Shown: in pieces, positions 36,901 through 46,704 of the stretch | Layout: every line of letters begins with the position of its first letter | Position numbering within the stretch: position 1 is the first letter of the stretch | From: an uncultured Nitrospiraceae bacterium | GTDB taxonomy: Bacteria; Nitrospirota; Nitrospiria; Nitrospirales; Nitrospiraceae | Assembly (NCBI GenBank): GCA_963846575.1 | Contig: CAWJWJ010000001.1 | Coordinates: forward strand, 416,001 to 480,000 | DNA: 64,000 nucleotides | Direction of reading: 5' to 3' | Translations under genes and position numbers: made by a program | Notes under the pieces: model-generated | The model's input: only the letters and a program-made list of their open reading frames with translations | Told to the model about the DNA's origin: nothing | The model's database searches: none

Positions 36901-38369
36901 TCTACATAGTCGGTCTTGTGTTCTGCCAGAAGGTCGCTGTACGGGGTCGTCTGGTGCGTGTTGCAAACGAGATCCACGGGCCTGGGTGGTGCGAGGTTGT
37001 CAGTCCCTATGCAATGGCCTCCGTGGTGGGCATGGGCATAGTCTTGCAGGCCGAGCGGAATATTCTGGTCTTGGGTGGATTCCCCGTCCGTAAAGACGAT
37101 CACAAACGTCCTACAGCAACTGACGACCTGAGAGGTCGAGGACCAAGCCGGCGTATGATCCTTTCCGAAAAAATAGGGATCACGGCCACAGGCGTTGGCG
37201 ATATAGCCAGCCGGACATGACTCTCCACTGCCCAGGACGGTGACTTCTTTCGAGCCGATCGATCCATTGCCACTTTGGCCAAACCCGACGCCGTTCGAAC
37301 TGCCACCGGCAAAGGCAATGGGATAGACATAACTCGATGGCAATATGTTGGACTGGACCTGCGCGACGTACCGCATGGTTTCGTACAGCGCTTCACCGAG
37401 CGGGGTCCAGGTGGAGGGATAGGATTCCTGGCACGGCATCCACCATGGCCGCCGTGTTGGTATTAAACGTCTCGACGCCGGTTCCGCTCCAATCGATAGT
37501 TTGCCGGAGGCCTGCTCCCACCAACATGCGCGCACCCTCGCTGGTGGACTTGAACTCCATCAGGCCGAAACGCGCCTTGCTGCCGATCTGCTGAATGACG
37601 CCGGTGGGTTCGGTGGTATAGCCGACCCTCACTTCGTATTTTCGTAGGCTGTACGAGTCACCGCAATCTTTATCGAAGGTGGCATCGTTGTCGACGCAGA
37701 AGTAGGCCTCTCGACAGCCCTATCGTGATCGTGGCAGGATTGCCGGTCCGATCGGCCGAGGGGATTCGTCCAACATAGGTGTTTGCACCCGTCCCGCCGC
37801 TGTAGGTTACGCCGGCCAGCTCCGTTTGCACTCCTTGGGCCTGGGCGATGACGGTCTTCAAGGCCGGGGTCCCATCGGTCGGACAGGTTCCGTCTGGGTT
37901 TCTTTTCTTGTAACAGTCTCCGCCTATCATTGCGATTTTCACCGCGTCGAACCGCCGGACTGTCGCCCAATTCAGAAAGTTGCCATCCCACTCCGTGCTC
38001 GAACAGGCCGTCGCCAGGGTTGCTTTCACCGCGCCATTCTCGAATCTCTTATCGCCTGTGTCGTAGACGTAACACACGCAAGGGATTAAAATAACCCGAG
38101 TAGCGAGTCGTGTTTGTAAAGGTCGTCGTCGTGGAACTCGCTCCGCTCGACAACATACCGCAGGATGTGGACTCGCAGGCCCGGTTGCTCATGCTGCCGG
38201 AATTGTCCATCAGAATAATGATATTCGGCGTCGTCGCGTTGGAGACGAACGCAGGTGTGGCAGTATAGTCGGCATTCGAAATGGCCGCATCGGCAGCACT
38301 CGAGCCAAAAAGAGCGGCGCTGAGATTACCGGCCACGACCAGGACAGCAGCAAGAGTTCGGCGATTCAT
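33959..38369 (-). CDS. pilY1: PilY1/PilC type IV pilus tip adhesin, interrupted by four +1 frameshifts as sequenced
   Basis: vWA MIDAS (MDNSGSM...FTDGES), LGDVIHSTP, YVGGNDGMLHAFNAG beta-propeller, DxxxDG Ca-loops; five ORF pieces join into about 1468 aa after removing 4 bases. Confidence 0.88.
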
Positions 38370-38447
38370 GCGTTCTCCCTCCTTATCTCAAGCAGGACTA
38401 CAGCCGTCGGACTGTCGGCTACGGGTTGAGACAAGACCTTTCATGCT

Positions 38448-38797
38448 TTACTGCGGCAACGTCACCACCATTTTGTCGATGTGGCCTTCTTTCAGATGAA
38501 ACTTCACTTTCGAGGTCGGAATAATTTGTCCGAGTTCCAGCGGTTCCCCTTCCGGGGTCACCACCAGCACGGCCGACTTGAGGACATAACTTCGTCCGTC
38601 GATCCGAATCGACGATCTCTCCACCTCATCGATCATGCCGGACTGAAACCCCGCAGTCGTAAATGGCATCACTGCCTGCGGTTGTTCGGTCTGCGGTTGT
38701 TCGGTCTGCGCCAAGCCGATGGACGGCAAGGGCCCCGATTGTGACCAGTGCCAGCAGGCTGATCGTCGCAAGGATTCCGAGTCGGTGTCATCGCCAT
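38448..38797 (-). CDS. small exported PilY2-like protein (two +1 frameshifts in the signal peptide)
   Basis: RBS GAGGGGAG and ATG 38797 give MAMTPTR/ILATISLLALVTIGA/LPSIGLAQ after removing two bases; IRIDGRSYVL small beta-barrel pattern. Confidence 0.6.
38676..38710. repeat. 15-bp tandem repeat (2.3 copies) encoding QTEQP
   Basis: CTGCGGTTGTTCGGT x2 + CTGCG. Confidence 0.85.
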
Positions 38798-38808
38798 ACT
38801 CCCCTCTC

Positions 38809-39453
38809 TCAATTGATTTTCTTCACGCATGTGTCGCCATCCAAACAGCCGTATACAGAGGTGACCGTGCTGTTGGACCCGGTCGCCGGATTGCTCGCCA
38901 TGCAGGTAATCCGGTAGACATGCTCGGTTGCTGCGACCCCGGTTCCTTGCCCGCTCTTGGGATGCGTGTAGAGCAGGTCAATGTCGCCGTTGACTGTGAA
39001 CCCGGGAAGATTTGTCATCACGAAATTCGGAGTTGTGCTGGCAACATCGGTATAGTTGACGGCCGGCGTATTGGACGCTGCCGGTGACGGAAGGTCATAC
39101 CCGTAGATCTCGGCGTAGAGCGTGGTTGAGTTCGATGCCGGAACCGGACCCGTCGGAGCAATGAATGAAGCCGGCAGGACACCGGGAGGTGCGAGCGTTT
39201 GCTGAATGATATTGGCGGCGAGGCCCTCACACGAATCCGCGGCGGCTACCGCCGCTTCCGTGCTGCGGAAAAATCCCGCCATTCGATTCTCCATGCTGGT
39301 CACGGTGACCGAGGCAATGCCCAGGATGCTCAGAATCAGCAACATCAGCATGACCGTGAGCAATGCGATGCCCTTTTGATTGTCCACTGCGGTCATCTCA
39401 GGCCTTCCTCCCGCACCGCTATGTTCCCGTCGCACGTCCATCGTGTCTCTCAC
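38809..39453 (-). CDS. pilX: minor pilin PilX-like
   Basis: QKG|IALLTVML prepilin motif without E5; MENRMAG. Confidence 0.8.
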   Translation of the reverse strand: MRDTMDVRREHSGAGGRPEMTAVDNQKGIALLTVMLMLLILSILGIASVTVTSMENRMAGFFRSTEAAVAAADSCEGLAANIIQQTLAPPGVLPASFIAPTGPVPASNSTTLYAEIYGYDLPSPAASNTPAVNYTDVASTTPNFVMTNLPGFTVNGDIDLLYTHPKSGQGTGVAATEHVYRITCMASNPATGSNSTVTSVYGCLDGDTCVKKIN

Positions 39454-39454
39454 G

Positions 39455-40558
39455 TTACAAGTTGCGTGGCTGGATCGTTCTGATCATCACACGCCGCCGT
39501 TGCTGCTGATACAGGGTGGCGTCGTAGGTGGCATCACCCGACGGGTCGTGGTCGCCGACGATCACTGGACCTGCAGTGTTGGCGGCTTTGGTTGCCCTCT
39601 CATCAAGCCCTTCGTCCGCCTTCGTGGGCCGGACGACCAGACTGACTTGCGCCATCTTGATTTTGTCCGGTGTCCCGGGCGTGATCGCCCAACCGCTGTT
39701 GGAGATAAAATCTCCCTGTGTGAAAGTCGGAAACCCGGACGACGACGACGCGTCTTGATCATCCACGATTCCATCTGCCAGGAGCGGATTGGGTGCCGCT
39801 TGATTACAGCCATCGCACGCATAGGTAATCTGCAAGTCCTCGACGCCGTCGACGAGCGGCACGTTATTTCTCACTAAACAGGATGTCGTGCTCCCGCAGG
39901 TGGCGGGCGCGTTTGCCAGCACCTGATATTGGACACACTGAAGTAGATACACCGGCGTGCCGGCGGGAAACTGTCCGTCAATATAATTACCGGTCCCGAA
40001 TCCGATCGACGTCGCATTGACGACTTGGACCGTTTTCGAGAGCGCCCCTCCGATGGACACTGTCGATCCGATGGCGAGCCCGTGGGCCGTCATCTCGGTG
40101 ATGGCGGCAGCCGAAAGACTGAGGGTATTGTCATACGTTCGGTTGTTCGGAGTTCCGCCCACCGAAGCCGTCAAGGTCCACCCGGGCGTATTCATAACCG
40201 GCAGGACCATGGATACCGCATCAGGGCCCAGGTCTGCTCCCGTGGGTGTTTGGTCCTGAGGGAGCAGTCCGACCGGCTTGACGATGGCGCCGATGGTGGC
40301 CCTGCAGGTGCCCACCGCAGCCGTGCCAGGATCGGTGGCGTTGTAATTGTACCCGGCAAGCTTGATATCCCGACTCAGTAGATCGATGGCCAATCGAACG
40401 TTCTGCTGGGTATCAGCCACCTGGGAGTTGACGACATTCGCACGGTTCGACGTGACGACCGTGGTCATGGTCGCCGCCATGATCACCACCGTGATCAGGA
40501 CAGCTGCCATCAGTTCTACGAGAGTGAATCCCTGTTGGTTCTCGGCGAATCGACGCAT
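39455..40558 (-). CDS. pilW: minor pilin PilW-like
   Basis: QQG|FTLVELM, QQNVRLAIDLLSRDIKLAGY, LVDGVEDLQITY, PRN. Confidence 0.88.
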   Translation of the reverse strand: MRRFAENQQGFTLVELMAAVLITVVIMAATMTTVVTSNRANVVNSQVADTQQNVRLAIDLLSRDIKLAGYNYNATDPGTAAVGTCRATIGAIVKPVGLLPQDQTPTGADLGPDAVSMVLPVMNTPGWTLTASVGGTPNNRTYDNTLSLSAAAITEMTAHGLAIGSTVSIGGALSKTVQVVNATSIGFGTGNYIDGQFPAGTPVYLLQCVQYQVLANAPATCGSTTSCLVRNNVPLVDGVEDLQITYACDGCNQAAPNPLLADGIVDDQDASSSSGFPTFTQGDFISNSGWAITPGTPDKIKMAQVSLVVRPTKADEGLDERATKAANTAGPVIVGDHDPSGDATYDATLYQQQRRRVMIRTIQPRNL

Positions 40559-40578
40559 CGTTAAACTCCACGCCGCGC

Positions 40579-41103
40579 CTATTCAGGCGCGACCACAGTC
40601 GTAAACACAGCCGTCTTGGTTCGCGCGACACTCACATCACTGCGCTTGGTTTGCCAATTCAGGGTGATCGTGATCAAAAACCGGTTCATCGTGACTGGAG
40701 TGGTCGTGGGATCCGGATCGAGCCGAACCGCCGTGACAAGCCCGGTGGGAGTTGTGAGTCCCGAGTTCGCTACTAAGGCCTGCCATTGCGTGCAATCACC
40801 CAACGCCATCCGTTGCGTACTGGCATTCTGAGCACAGGCGGCTGCCGTAGTGGTGTTGTGATAGTCCAACACGCGCTGCCGGTTATTTTGAATGCGCTCC
40901 GTCATATCGGCGGCAAGGTTCGTCACGCGGGTCATGTCGTTGGCGTCGACATTTTTCCCCAGCGACAATCCCGATAATCCAGCCAGGCCCATGAGTCCGA
41001 TTGACAGCACCCCTGCAGCGACCATCGCCTCCAACAGCGTGAACCCCCCCTGCAGGGATCGATTCAGTCCTGACAGATTCTGTGGTGTTTCAAATCGTTT
41101 CAT
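40579..41103 (-). CDS. pilV: minor pilin PilV-like
   Basis: GG|FTLLEAMVA...IGLMGLAGL, ADMTERIQNN; start uncertain. Confidence 0.85.
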   Translation of the reverse strand: MKRFETPQNLSGLNRSLQGGFTLLEAMVAAGVLSIGLMGLAGLSGLSLGKNVDANDMTRVTNLAADMTERIQNNRQRVLDYHNTTTAAACAQNASTQRMALGDCTQWQALVANSGLTTPTGLVTAVRLDPDPTTTPVTMNRFLITITLNWQTKRSDVSVARTKTAVFTTVVAPE

Positions 41104-41110
41104 CGGGCGT

Positions 41111-41587
41111 TTAGGGACAGGTCGCGCGGGCACACCAGTTCACCTTGCCCCCAGGTGTGACAACCACGGAATAGGTGGTCCCTTGTTGTGATACCAATGT
41201 GACTGTTTGATTCGCGGCTGCTCCGCTCAAGCCCTGCTGGGTGAACTGGATCGTGGGCCCACCGGCAAACGAAACGATCGACTGCGGGAGCAGGATCGGC
41301 GCTAATGCCCCTCCAAAGTCGACATTCACCTTTCCCGACACCAGAGCCAGGGTGACGGTCACGGCAAGATTTCGATTCATGGCCGCCATACGGGCGAGGG
41401 TGAGACTACCGGCCAGTTCCGTCGTGCCCTGCTTCAGTTGATAGCGAGCATTCCATTGAAGGTAGTTAGGGACCGCCACCATCGCCAGAATGCCGACAAT
41501 CGCCACGGCGATCATGACCTCAATGAGAGTGAAGCCCTTCCGGCCAAGAGCAATTGAGGAACGTTGGTGATGGCGGTAGCTACACAT
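41111..41587 (-). CDS. fimT: GspH/FimT/FimU-family minor pilin
   Basis: KG|FTLIEVMIAVAIVGIL...P, LARMAA; start uncertain. Confidence 0.82.
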   Translation of the reverse strand: MCSYRHHQRSSIALGRKGFTLIEVMIAVAIVGILAMVAVPNYLQWNARYQLKQGTTELAGSLTLARMAAMNRNLAVTVTLALVSGKVNVDFGGALAPILLPQSIVSFAGGPTIQFTQQGLSGAAANQTVTLVSQQGTTYSVVVTPGGKVNWCARATCP

Positions 41588-41602
41588 GGCAACAGGCAGA
41601 TG

Positions 41603-41618
41603 AGCAAGTGCCATGCCG
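41603..41618 (-). promoter_or_regulatory. sigma-54 promoter of the fimT-pilVWX-pilY1 operon
   Basis: Minus strand CGGCATG-GCAC-TTGCT with GG-N10-GC spacing. Confidence 0.7.
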
Positions 41619-41643
41619 ATAAAATTCACCTGCAATCTCAGCT

Positions 41644-41656
41644 CAACATATTGATT
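41644..41656 (-). promoter_or_regulatory. IHF binding site
   Basis: AATCAATATGTTG is an exact match to WATCAANNNNTTR, with an AT-rich flank, between the promoter and a candidate enhancer. Confidence 0.7.
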
Positions 41657-41715
41657 TCTTTATTTCATTCATCGCGCACGCCGCACAATTCCGAGCGTTA
41701 AATGATCTGTCCGAT

Positions 41716-41728
41716 GACAAAATTTGTC
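41716..41728. promoter_or_regulatory. candidate enhancer for a PilR-like activator
   Basis: Perfect inverted repeat GACAAA-A-TTTGTC about 100 bp upstream of the -24 element. Confidence 0.5.
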
Positions 41729-41991
41729 TGGTTGGCGGCGATCTACGGCTCGAGTGGCAACTGGCGGGATCCCATCCTGGGGGTTCAGCTGAATCTCGAC
41801 CGGCCGTAGGGATCCTCATAACGACTTTGGATGAGTCCGATGGGCGCGAGGCCGGTCCGGTCGTTGGTAAAACGTTGCTCGGAAGAGCCTCATCACGTAC
41901 AGATGGGTATCAACGGGGAACTATGGCCCATGAACCTGGCCAGGCGCGACGCAAACGTCCTTGGCCGCGGACAAAGAAGGTGGGGAAAGAC

Positions 41992-43791
41992 CTATTTGAT
42001 CGCGACCGCTCGCACTTGCTGGTAGGTGGTAAGGCCCACTGTGGCTTTCTGAATACCGTCCTGCAACAGGGTTCTCATCCCTTCTGCCTTCGCAAGTCCC
42101 AGAAGTTCCCGGGTTCGAGCCCTCGATTGAATAAACCCTTTGATGCCCTCGGAGGCCACCATCAATTCATGAATCGGGACTCTCCCTCGGTAGCCTGTGT
42201 GATTACAGATTTCGCATCCACGTCCTCTAAAGAGCGTGAAGGCCGAAGCGTGATCGCGCCCCAGCCGAGCCCACTCTCCTTCTCCATAGGCCTGAACGAG
42301 CTCATCGAACTCCTCCTGTCCTGGGTGGTACGGCTCACGGCAGTTCTGACAGAGCCTCTTGCACAAACGCATCGCCAACACGCCCAACATGGCGTCTGAA
42401 AAGTTGAAGGGGTCGCATCCGAGGTCGAGCAACCGGACGACGGTTTCTACCGCGCTATTTGTATGAATCGTACTGAAGACCAAATGGCCCGTCAGGGACG
42501 CTTCAATGGCGATATCCGCCGTTTCCTTGTCACGCATCTCGCCGATCATGATGACATCCGGGTCCGCCCGCAAGAATGCCCGCATGGTCGCTGCGAAGGT
42601 GAGGCCGATCTTGGGATGGACTTGAACCTGCCGTAGTCCGTCCTGCGTGATCTCGATCGGATCCTCCGCAGTCCAGATTTTTCGAGCATCGGTATTGATC
42701 GATGCCAGAATGGCGTGCAGCGTCGTCGTCTTGCCGGAACCCGTCGGGCCCGCACAAAGCACGATCCCGTGTGGTCTCTGAGCCAGCTGCTCCATGAGCA
42801 GGCGAGTCTCGGCACTGAATTCCAAGTCCTCCAGACGACGTGGTCCATTGGTAGCCAGCAAGCGGATCACCACGTCTTCGTTGAACCCGGCCGTCGGGAG
42901 CGTCGCGACGCGCAATTCGACCTCCTGTCCCGTGCTGAGCTTGAAACGAATTTTGCCATCCTGAGGCTTGCGCCGTTCAGCAATGTCGAGGCTTGCCATG
43001 ATTTTTACCCGCGAGACGATCGCCCGACGATAGGCGGCAGGAATTTTCATGTAGGTGAAACAGCTCCCGTCGACGCGAAAACGTACCGACGTTTCTTTTC
43101 GATCGGCATAGGGCTCGATATGGATGTCTGATGCCCCTTGCCGATAGGCGTCAGTGATGATCTGGTTGGCAAGACGGACGATGGCCGAGTCGTTTTCTGT
43201 GATCGCCGCAATCGTGGCATTCTGCTGCTCTTCCAGCTGCGCTTCGCTCACCAACACTCCAAGAATCTCTGTGATTGCTTCACCTGACTCCCGGCCGACC
43301 ACAGCGCGTAAGTACAGTTCGATATCGCGTCGAAGGCCCACGCGATAGGACAGCGACTGCCCCGGAAAGGCGCGACGGACATCTTGCAACTTGTCAGGAT
43401 CGTGGGGATCATCGATTAAGACTTCAACCTCGTTCCCCTGTCTCCTGAGGGGGACCCAATGATTCATGCGGAGATAGTCCAGGCTTAAGTCTTTCAACAG
43501 TTCGCGCTCCATGATCGTACGCTCGTCATAGGCCAGGAACGGACAGCCATAAAAGCCTGCGAGAGCTAATCCAATAGCCGGCTTGGGAATCCGATATCGA
43601 TCCATGAGGACGGTTGCCACATCAACCCGGTTTCGGCCGGCTTCCGACGTGGCAAGCGCCAGTTCTTCCTGTTGAATAAAAGCCTGTTCGACGAGTAACT
43701 GGTATGGGCCATCAGTTCGCCTGTGAGCGGCTACCGTACGGCCATGTGAACAATCTCGTGCCGATACGGGGGAGGGGGCTGCTGAGATCAT
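41992..43791 (-). CDS. GspE/PilB-family secretion/pilus assembly ATPase
   Basis: ASDIHIEP, LDIAERRKPQDG, GPTGSGKTT, LRADPDVIMIGEMRD, CxxC...GCxxC; start uncertain. Confidence 0.92.
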   Translation of the reverse strand: MISAAPSPVSARDCSHGRTVAAHRRTDGPYQLLVEQAFIQQEELALATSEAGRNRVDVATVLMDRYRIPKPAIGLALAGFYGCPFLAYDERTIMERELLKDLSLDYLRMNHWVPLRRQGNEVEVLIDDPHDPDKLQDVRRAFPGQSLSYRVGLRRDIELYLRAVVGRESGEAITEILGVLVSEAQLEEQQNATIAAITENDSAIVRLANQIITDAYRQGASDIHIEPYADRKETSVRFRVDGSCFTYMKIPAAYRRAIVSRVKIMASLDIAERRKPQDGKIRFKLSTGQEVELRVATLPTAGFNEDVVIRLLATNGPRRLEDLEFSAETRLLMEQLAQRPHGIVLCAGPTGSGKTTTLHAILASINTDARKIWTAEDPIEITQDGLRQVQVHPKIGLTFAATMRAFLRADPDVIMIGEMRDKETADIAIEASLTGHLVFSTIHTNSAVETVVRLLDLGCDPFNFSDAMLGVLAMRLCKRLCQNCREPYHPGQEEFDELVQAYGEGEWARLGRDHASAFTLFRGRGCEICNHTGYRGRVPIHELMVASEGIKGFIQSRARTRELLGLAKAEGMRTLLQDGIQKATVGLTTYQQVRAVAIK

Positions 43792-43894
43792 CGAATGAAC
43801 CCTTTCTGACTGCCGTCGTTATACTCAAGAGTTTCCACTGGTATCTGCACGAGACTGCGAGCGAAGAAATTGGTGAATATCGGGCGATCCTGTT

Positions 43895-45391
43895 TCACAT
43901 CTTGGCCTGCCAGCTTCCGGGGGCAACAAACACGAGAGGCAAGCCATGCATGAACCCCTCGCGTAGCTCATGGTTGTACCAGACCTCGATCACTCCCGAG
44001 CCATTGGAGTCGTCCACCAGGGCTCCGTGAGCCATGACACCACCGTACACTTTAGGATGACCCGCATACCGCAGGTCACCCGAGACATATAGAACACCCT
44101 GTAAATGAATGCCGGACAGTTGCACGGGCACCCTGGTCCCGAGAGACTGCTGTCCTTCAGGGGGCGGACTAAGTGCCGGCACGGATTTACCTGTTTGCCC
44201 TGCCTTCCAAAGGACATGCGCGTTCACCATGAAGATGCCCTCGGCATACTCTTGGTCGAGGATAATCGTCCCCATGTTCCGTGGTCCCGGCGGCATGCCA
44301 TCGAGCGTGTCGACGAAGAGCAACCCACGATGGTCGCCCGGGTCCGTTGACGCAAACACCTCCGCAGCCGGACGTCCAAGGCCCGCTTGCATGAGACCGC
44401 CTGGATAGAGCAATCCCTCCCGATCCATGCCGTAATAACGTCCGAACTGCTTGGACATTTGCTTCAATGTCTCATAGTCCCATTGATCCGTTTTAATGCC
44501 GGGCACCGGCTCCTGGTGCGCATGCAGGTTCGATGGGACCTCGGACCAGGACTCCGCGGGAAGCTGCCCGAAGAACACCTCACCGCCTACCTGGATATCG
44601 AGCCATCGGTCCTCCCGATGCGTCATTTCACCATAGCTCTGTCCCGTCACCGACGCCAACCCGCTCTTGGCCGGAACCTCGGCAGGCCGGGGTAAATACG
44701 CTGGACCATGCACCAGCATGTCACCCCAATGCACGAGGACTGAACCGGGTCTGGAACCTACAGTCCCGCTTCCGACTGTGCCGCTCTGTAGCGGTGCATG
44801 CAGGGAGGGAATGGCATAGGCTCCGAACTCAACCGAGAGCGTCTTCGTCACACGAGAATCACGGCCGGCTCCTGCCGTCACTTCCACCGTGCACAGCATT
44901 CCCGGTCGCGTGGCACCATACACCCGTAAGGTAAGAATTTTGGCGAGTCCCTTGAGTGACTTGAACCATCCAATCTGAGGATCGTTCAGTAATCGGTCCT
45001 GTTGAGGATCCGCGGCATCAAACAAGAGGTCTGGACGAGTCGCGTTCCCGGTAAATTGCGAATGCCCATGCCCATCGAAATAGGAGGGATCCCCCTGTGC
45101 GCTGATCGCGCGTTTCGTCAACCAGGAAGCCTCCGTGCCCTGCGGCATGAGAGACGGATCGTGAAACCATCCCATCGCCACGTCGAGGGCTGCTTCCGCC
45201 GCATGATGAGCCAGCCGCTCTTCCTGTAGTGCACCGGCTCCGACCATCTCCTGACCCGCCAGATGCATGGAGGTCATGCCCAGCAGCGTCAACAAAAATA
45301 CCACCATCAGCACGGCCAGCATTGCCATTCCCCGTTCATCCCGTCGCACCCTGCGCCGCCTCAGTCCTGCGCTCGTCTCCACCATGGTCAT
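43895..45391 (-). CDS. large PilX/GspK-like prepilin (498 aa)
   Basis: ERG|MAMLAVLMVVFLL without E5; large C-terminal beta-rich domain (GVLYVSGDL...VYGGV). Confidence 0.75.
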   Translation of the reverse strand: MTMVETSAGLRRRRVRRDERGMAMLAVLMVVFLLTLLGMTSMHLAGQEMVGAGALQEERLAHHAAEAALDVAMGWFHDPSLMPQGTEASWLTKRAISAQGDPSYFDGHGHSQFTGNATRPDLLFDAADPQQDRLLNDPQIGWFKSLKGLAKILTLRVYGATRPGMLCTVEVTAGAGRDSRVTKTLSVEFGAYAIPSLHAPLQSGTVGSGTVGSRPGSVLVHWGDMLVHGPAYLPRPAEVPAKSGLASVTGQSYGEMTHREDRWLDIQVGGEVFFGQLPAESWSEVPSNLHAHQEPVPGIKTDQWDYETLKQMSKQFGRYYGMDREGLLYPGGLMQAGLGRPAAEVFASTDPGDHRGLLFVDTLDGMPPGPRNMGTIILDQEYAEGIFMVNAHVLWKAGQTGKSVPALSPPPEGQQSLGTRVPVQLSGIHLQGVLYVSGDLRYAGHPKVYGGVMAHGALVDDSNGSGVIEVWYNHELREGFMHGLPLVFVAPGSWQAKM

Positions 45392-45403
45392 TTCCTTTAC
45401 TCG

Positions 45404-46180
45404 TTAAGACCGTATCGCGATATCCCGTGAGATGCCCCAATTTGCCTGCCCCATCTGGATCGTCACACGAATGCGCACCACCTCACGTGAATCAGTCGTC
45501 ACCTGTCCTTCCTTATTCAAATACTGAAGCGTGAACGTTCTGACAGCGGCCAAGAGCGTGCTCGCCCCGCCATCGACATCACGCATTAGCCGCAGCGTCC
45601 CATCATCCTGGCGCTTGAGGTAGTACCGCACCCTGTTCAGCAAGAACAGCGCCGTGCCCATGGGCAGTGGCTCCCCTGTTGGTGTCATGAAGGTCAGTGA
45701 CTGCTTCCGGCCATCGGCAGCCAGTCGATTCCATGCACAATGGACCGCCGTACACAGCACCACTTGCTTCCCCTTTGGCCAACCGCCACCGTCCACGACC
45801 GGCAGGTCCCGACGACCTATGTCCACAGCCTGAGTGACCGTGGTCGCAGCACCACTCAGATTGGCGTAGAACTCGACCTCATCGGATCCCGTTTTCAGGA
45901 AGGGGGACTCTCCTCCTAACAGCCCTGCCCCGGCCAATCGCACTTCACTGGATAACACGTCCAATCCGAGTCGCAACTCCTGATTCGACACGATCGTGGA
46001 ATGTTGGGAAGTCAGCCGAAGTCCATAGGTCGAAAACATATGGATTGAAGCCGAGATCGCCACGCTGCTGATCGCCAGCGCCATAAGAAGTTCAATCAGA
46101 CTCACCCCGGCGCAGCCCATGTGCCTGCCCGAACTCATGCGCTCCCGCGGCTTTGGATTGGAGAAAGTCGCGCATCTCAT
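45404..46180 (-). CDS. PilW-like minor pilin (second cassette)
   Basis: AG|VSLIELLMAL, QELRLGLDVLSSEVRLAG, VRYYL; start uncertain. Confidence 0.8.
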   Translation of the reverse strand: MRCATFSNPKPRERMSSGRHMGCAGVSLIELLMALAISSVAISASIHMFSTYGLRLTSQHSTIVSNQELRLGLDVLSSEVRLAGAGLLGGESPFLKTGSDEVEFYANLSGAATTVTQAVDIGRRDLPVVDGGGWPKGKQVVLCTAVHCAWNRLAADGRKQSLTFMTPTGEPLPMGTALFLLNRVRYYLKRQDDGTLRLMRDVDGGASTLLAAVRTFTLQYLNKEGQVTTDSREVVRIRVTIQMGQANWGISRDIAIRS

Positions 46181-46704
46181 GACAAGACCTGGAGACTCAC
46201 ATAATTGGGATTAGCCCGAATCGTACGCAGGCGGACTTCTTTTTCCTGCCCTCCCACCGTTCGAAACGTCGCACAGGCCTCAATCGTCGCCAGGCTGGCA
46301 CCTGCAGGCAGGCGGCCCCTGTTCAACTCCACTGTCCAGACAAGCCGGATGTTGAACCGTGTAAGACTGCCGGTGAATATGCCATCGCCCTCCATCAAAT
46401 CCTCCTGCACTCCATCGTCTCGCATAGCCGACTCCAGCGTGCCGTTTTGATCCATATCGTCCAACAACAGATGCTCCCATGGTAGGCTCCGCTTGGCTTC
46501 AAGTTGCGATTCCGCCAGCGCCAGTGCCGTGGTGGTCAATGCCCCCTGGCGAAGACCACGCTCCGCCCATTCACACATGCCGATTGTGCCGACGAGCCCG
46601 ATGGACAACACCACCAGGGCGACCATACTTTCGACGAGTGTGAATCCGGCTACGTGCGTCAGAGGGGAAGGCCCCAATGCTCTCTTCCCTGCCTCTCGCG
46701 TCAT
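46177..46704 (-). CDS. PilV-like minor pilin (second cassette)
   Basis: AG|FTLVESMVALVVLSIG; ATGA overlaps on both sides. Confidence 0.8.
   Translation of the reverse strand: MTREAGKRALGPSPLTHVAGFTLVESMVALVVLSIGLVGTIGMCEWAERGLRQGALTTTALALAESQLEAKRSLPWEHLLLDDMDQNGTLESAMRDDGVQEDLMEGDGIFTGSLTRFNIRLVWTVELNRGRLPAGASLATIEACATFRTVGGQEKEVRLRTIRANPNYVSLQVLS

Noticed and set aside
36560..38100. Programmed frameshifting or diversity-generating retroelement acting on pilY1
   Set aside because: No shared slippery motif at the junctions, no reverse transcriptase, no template/variable repeat pair seen
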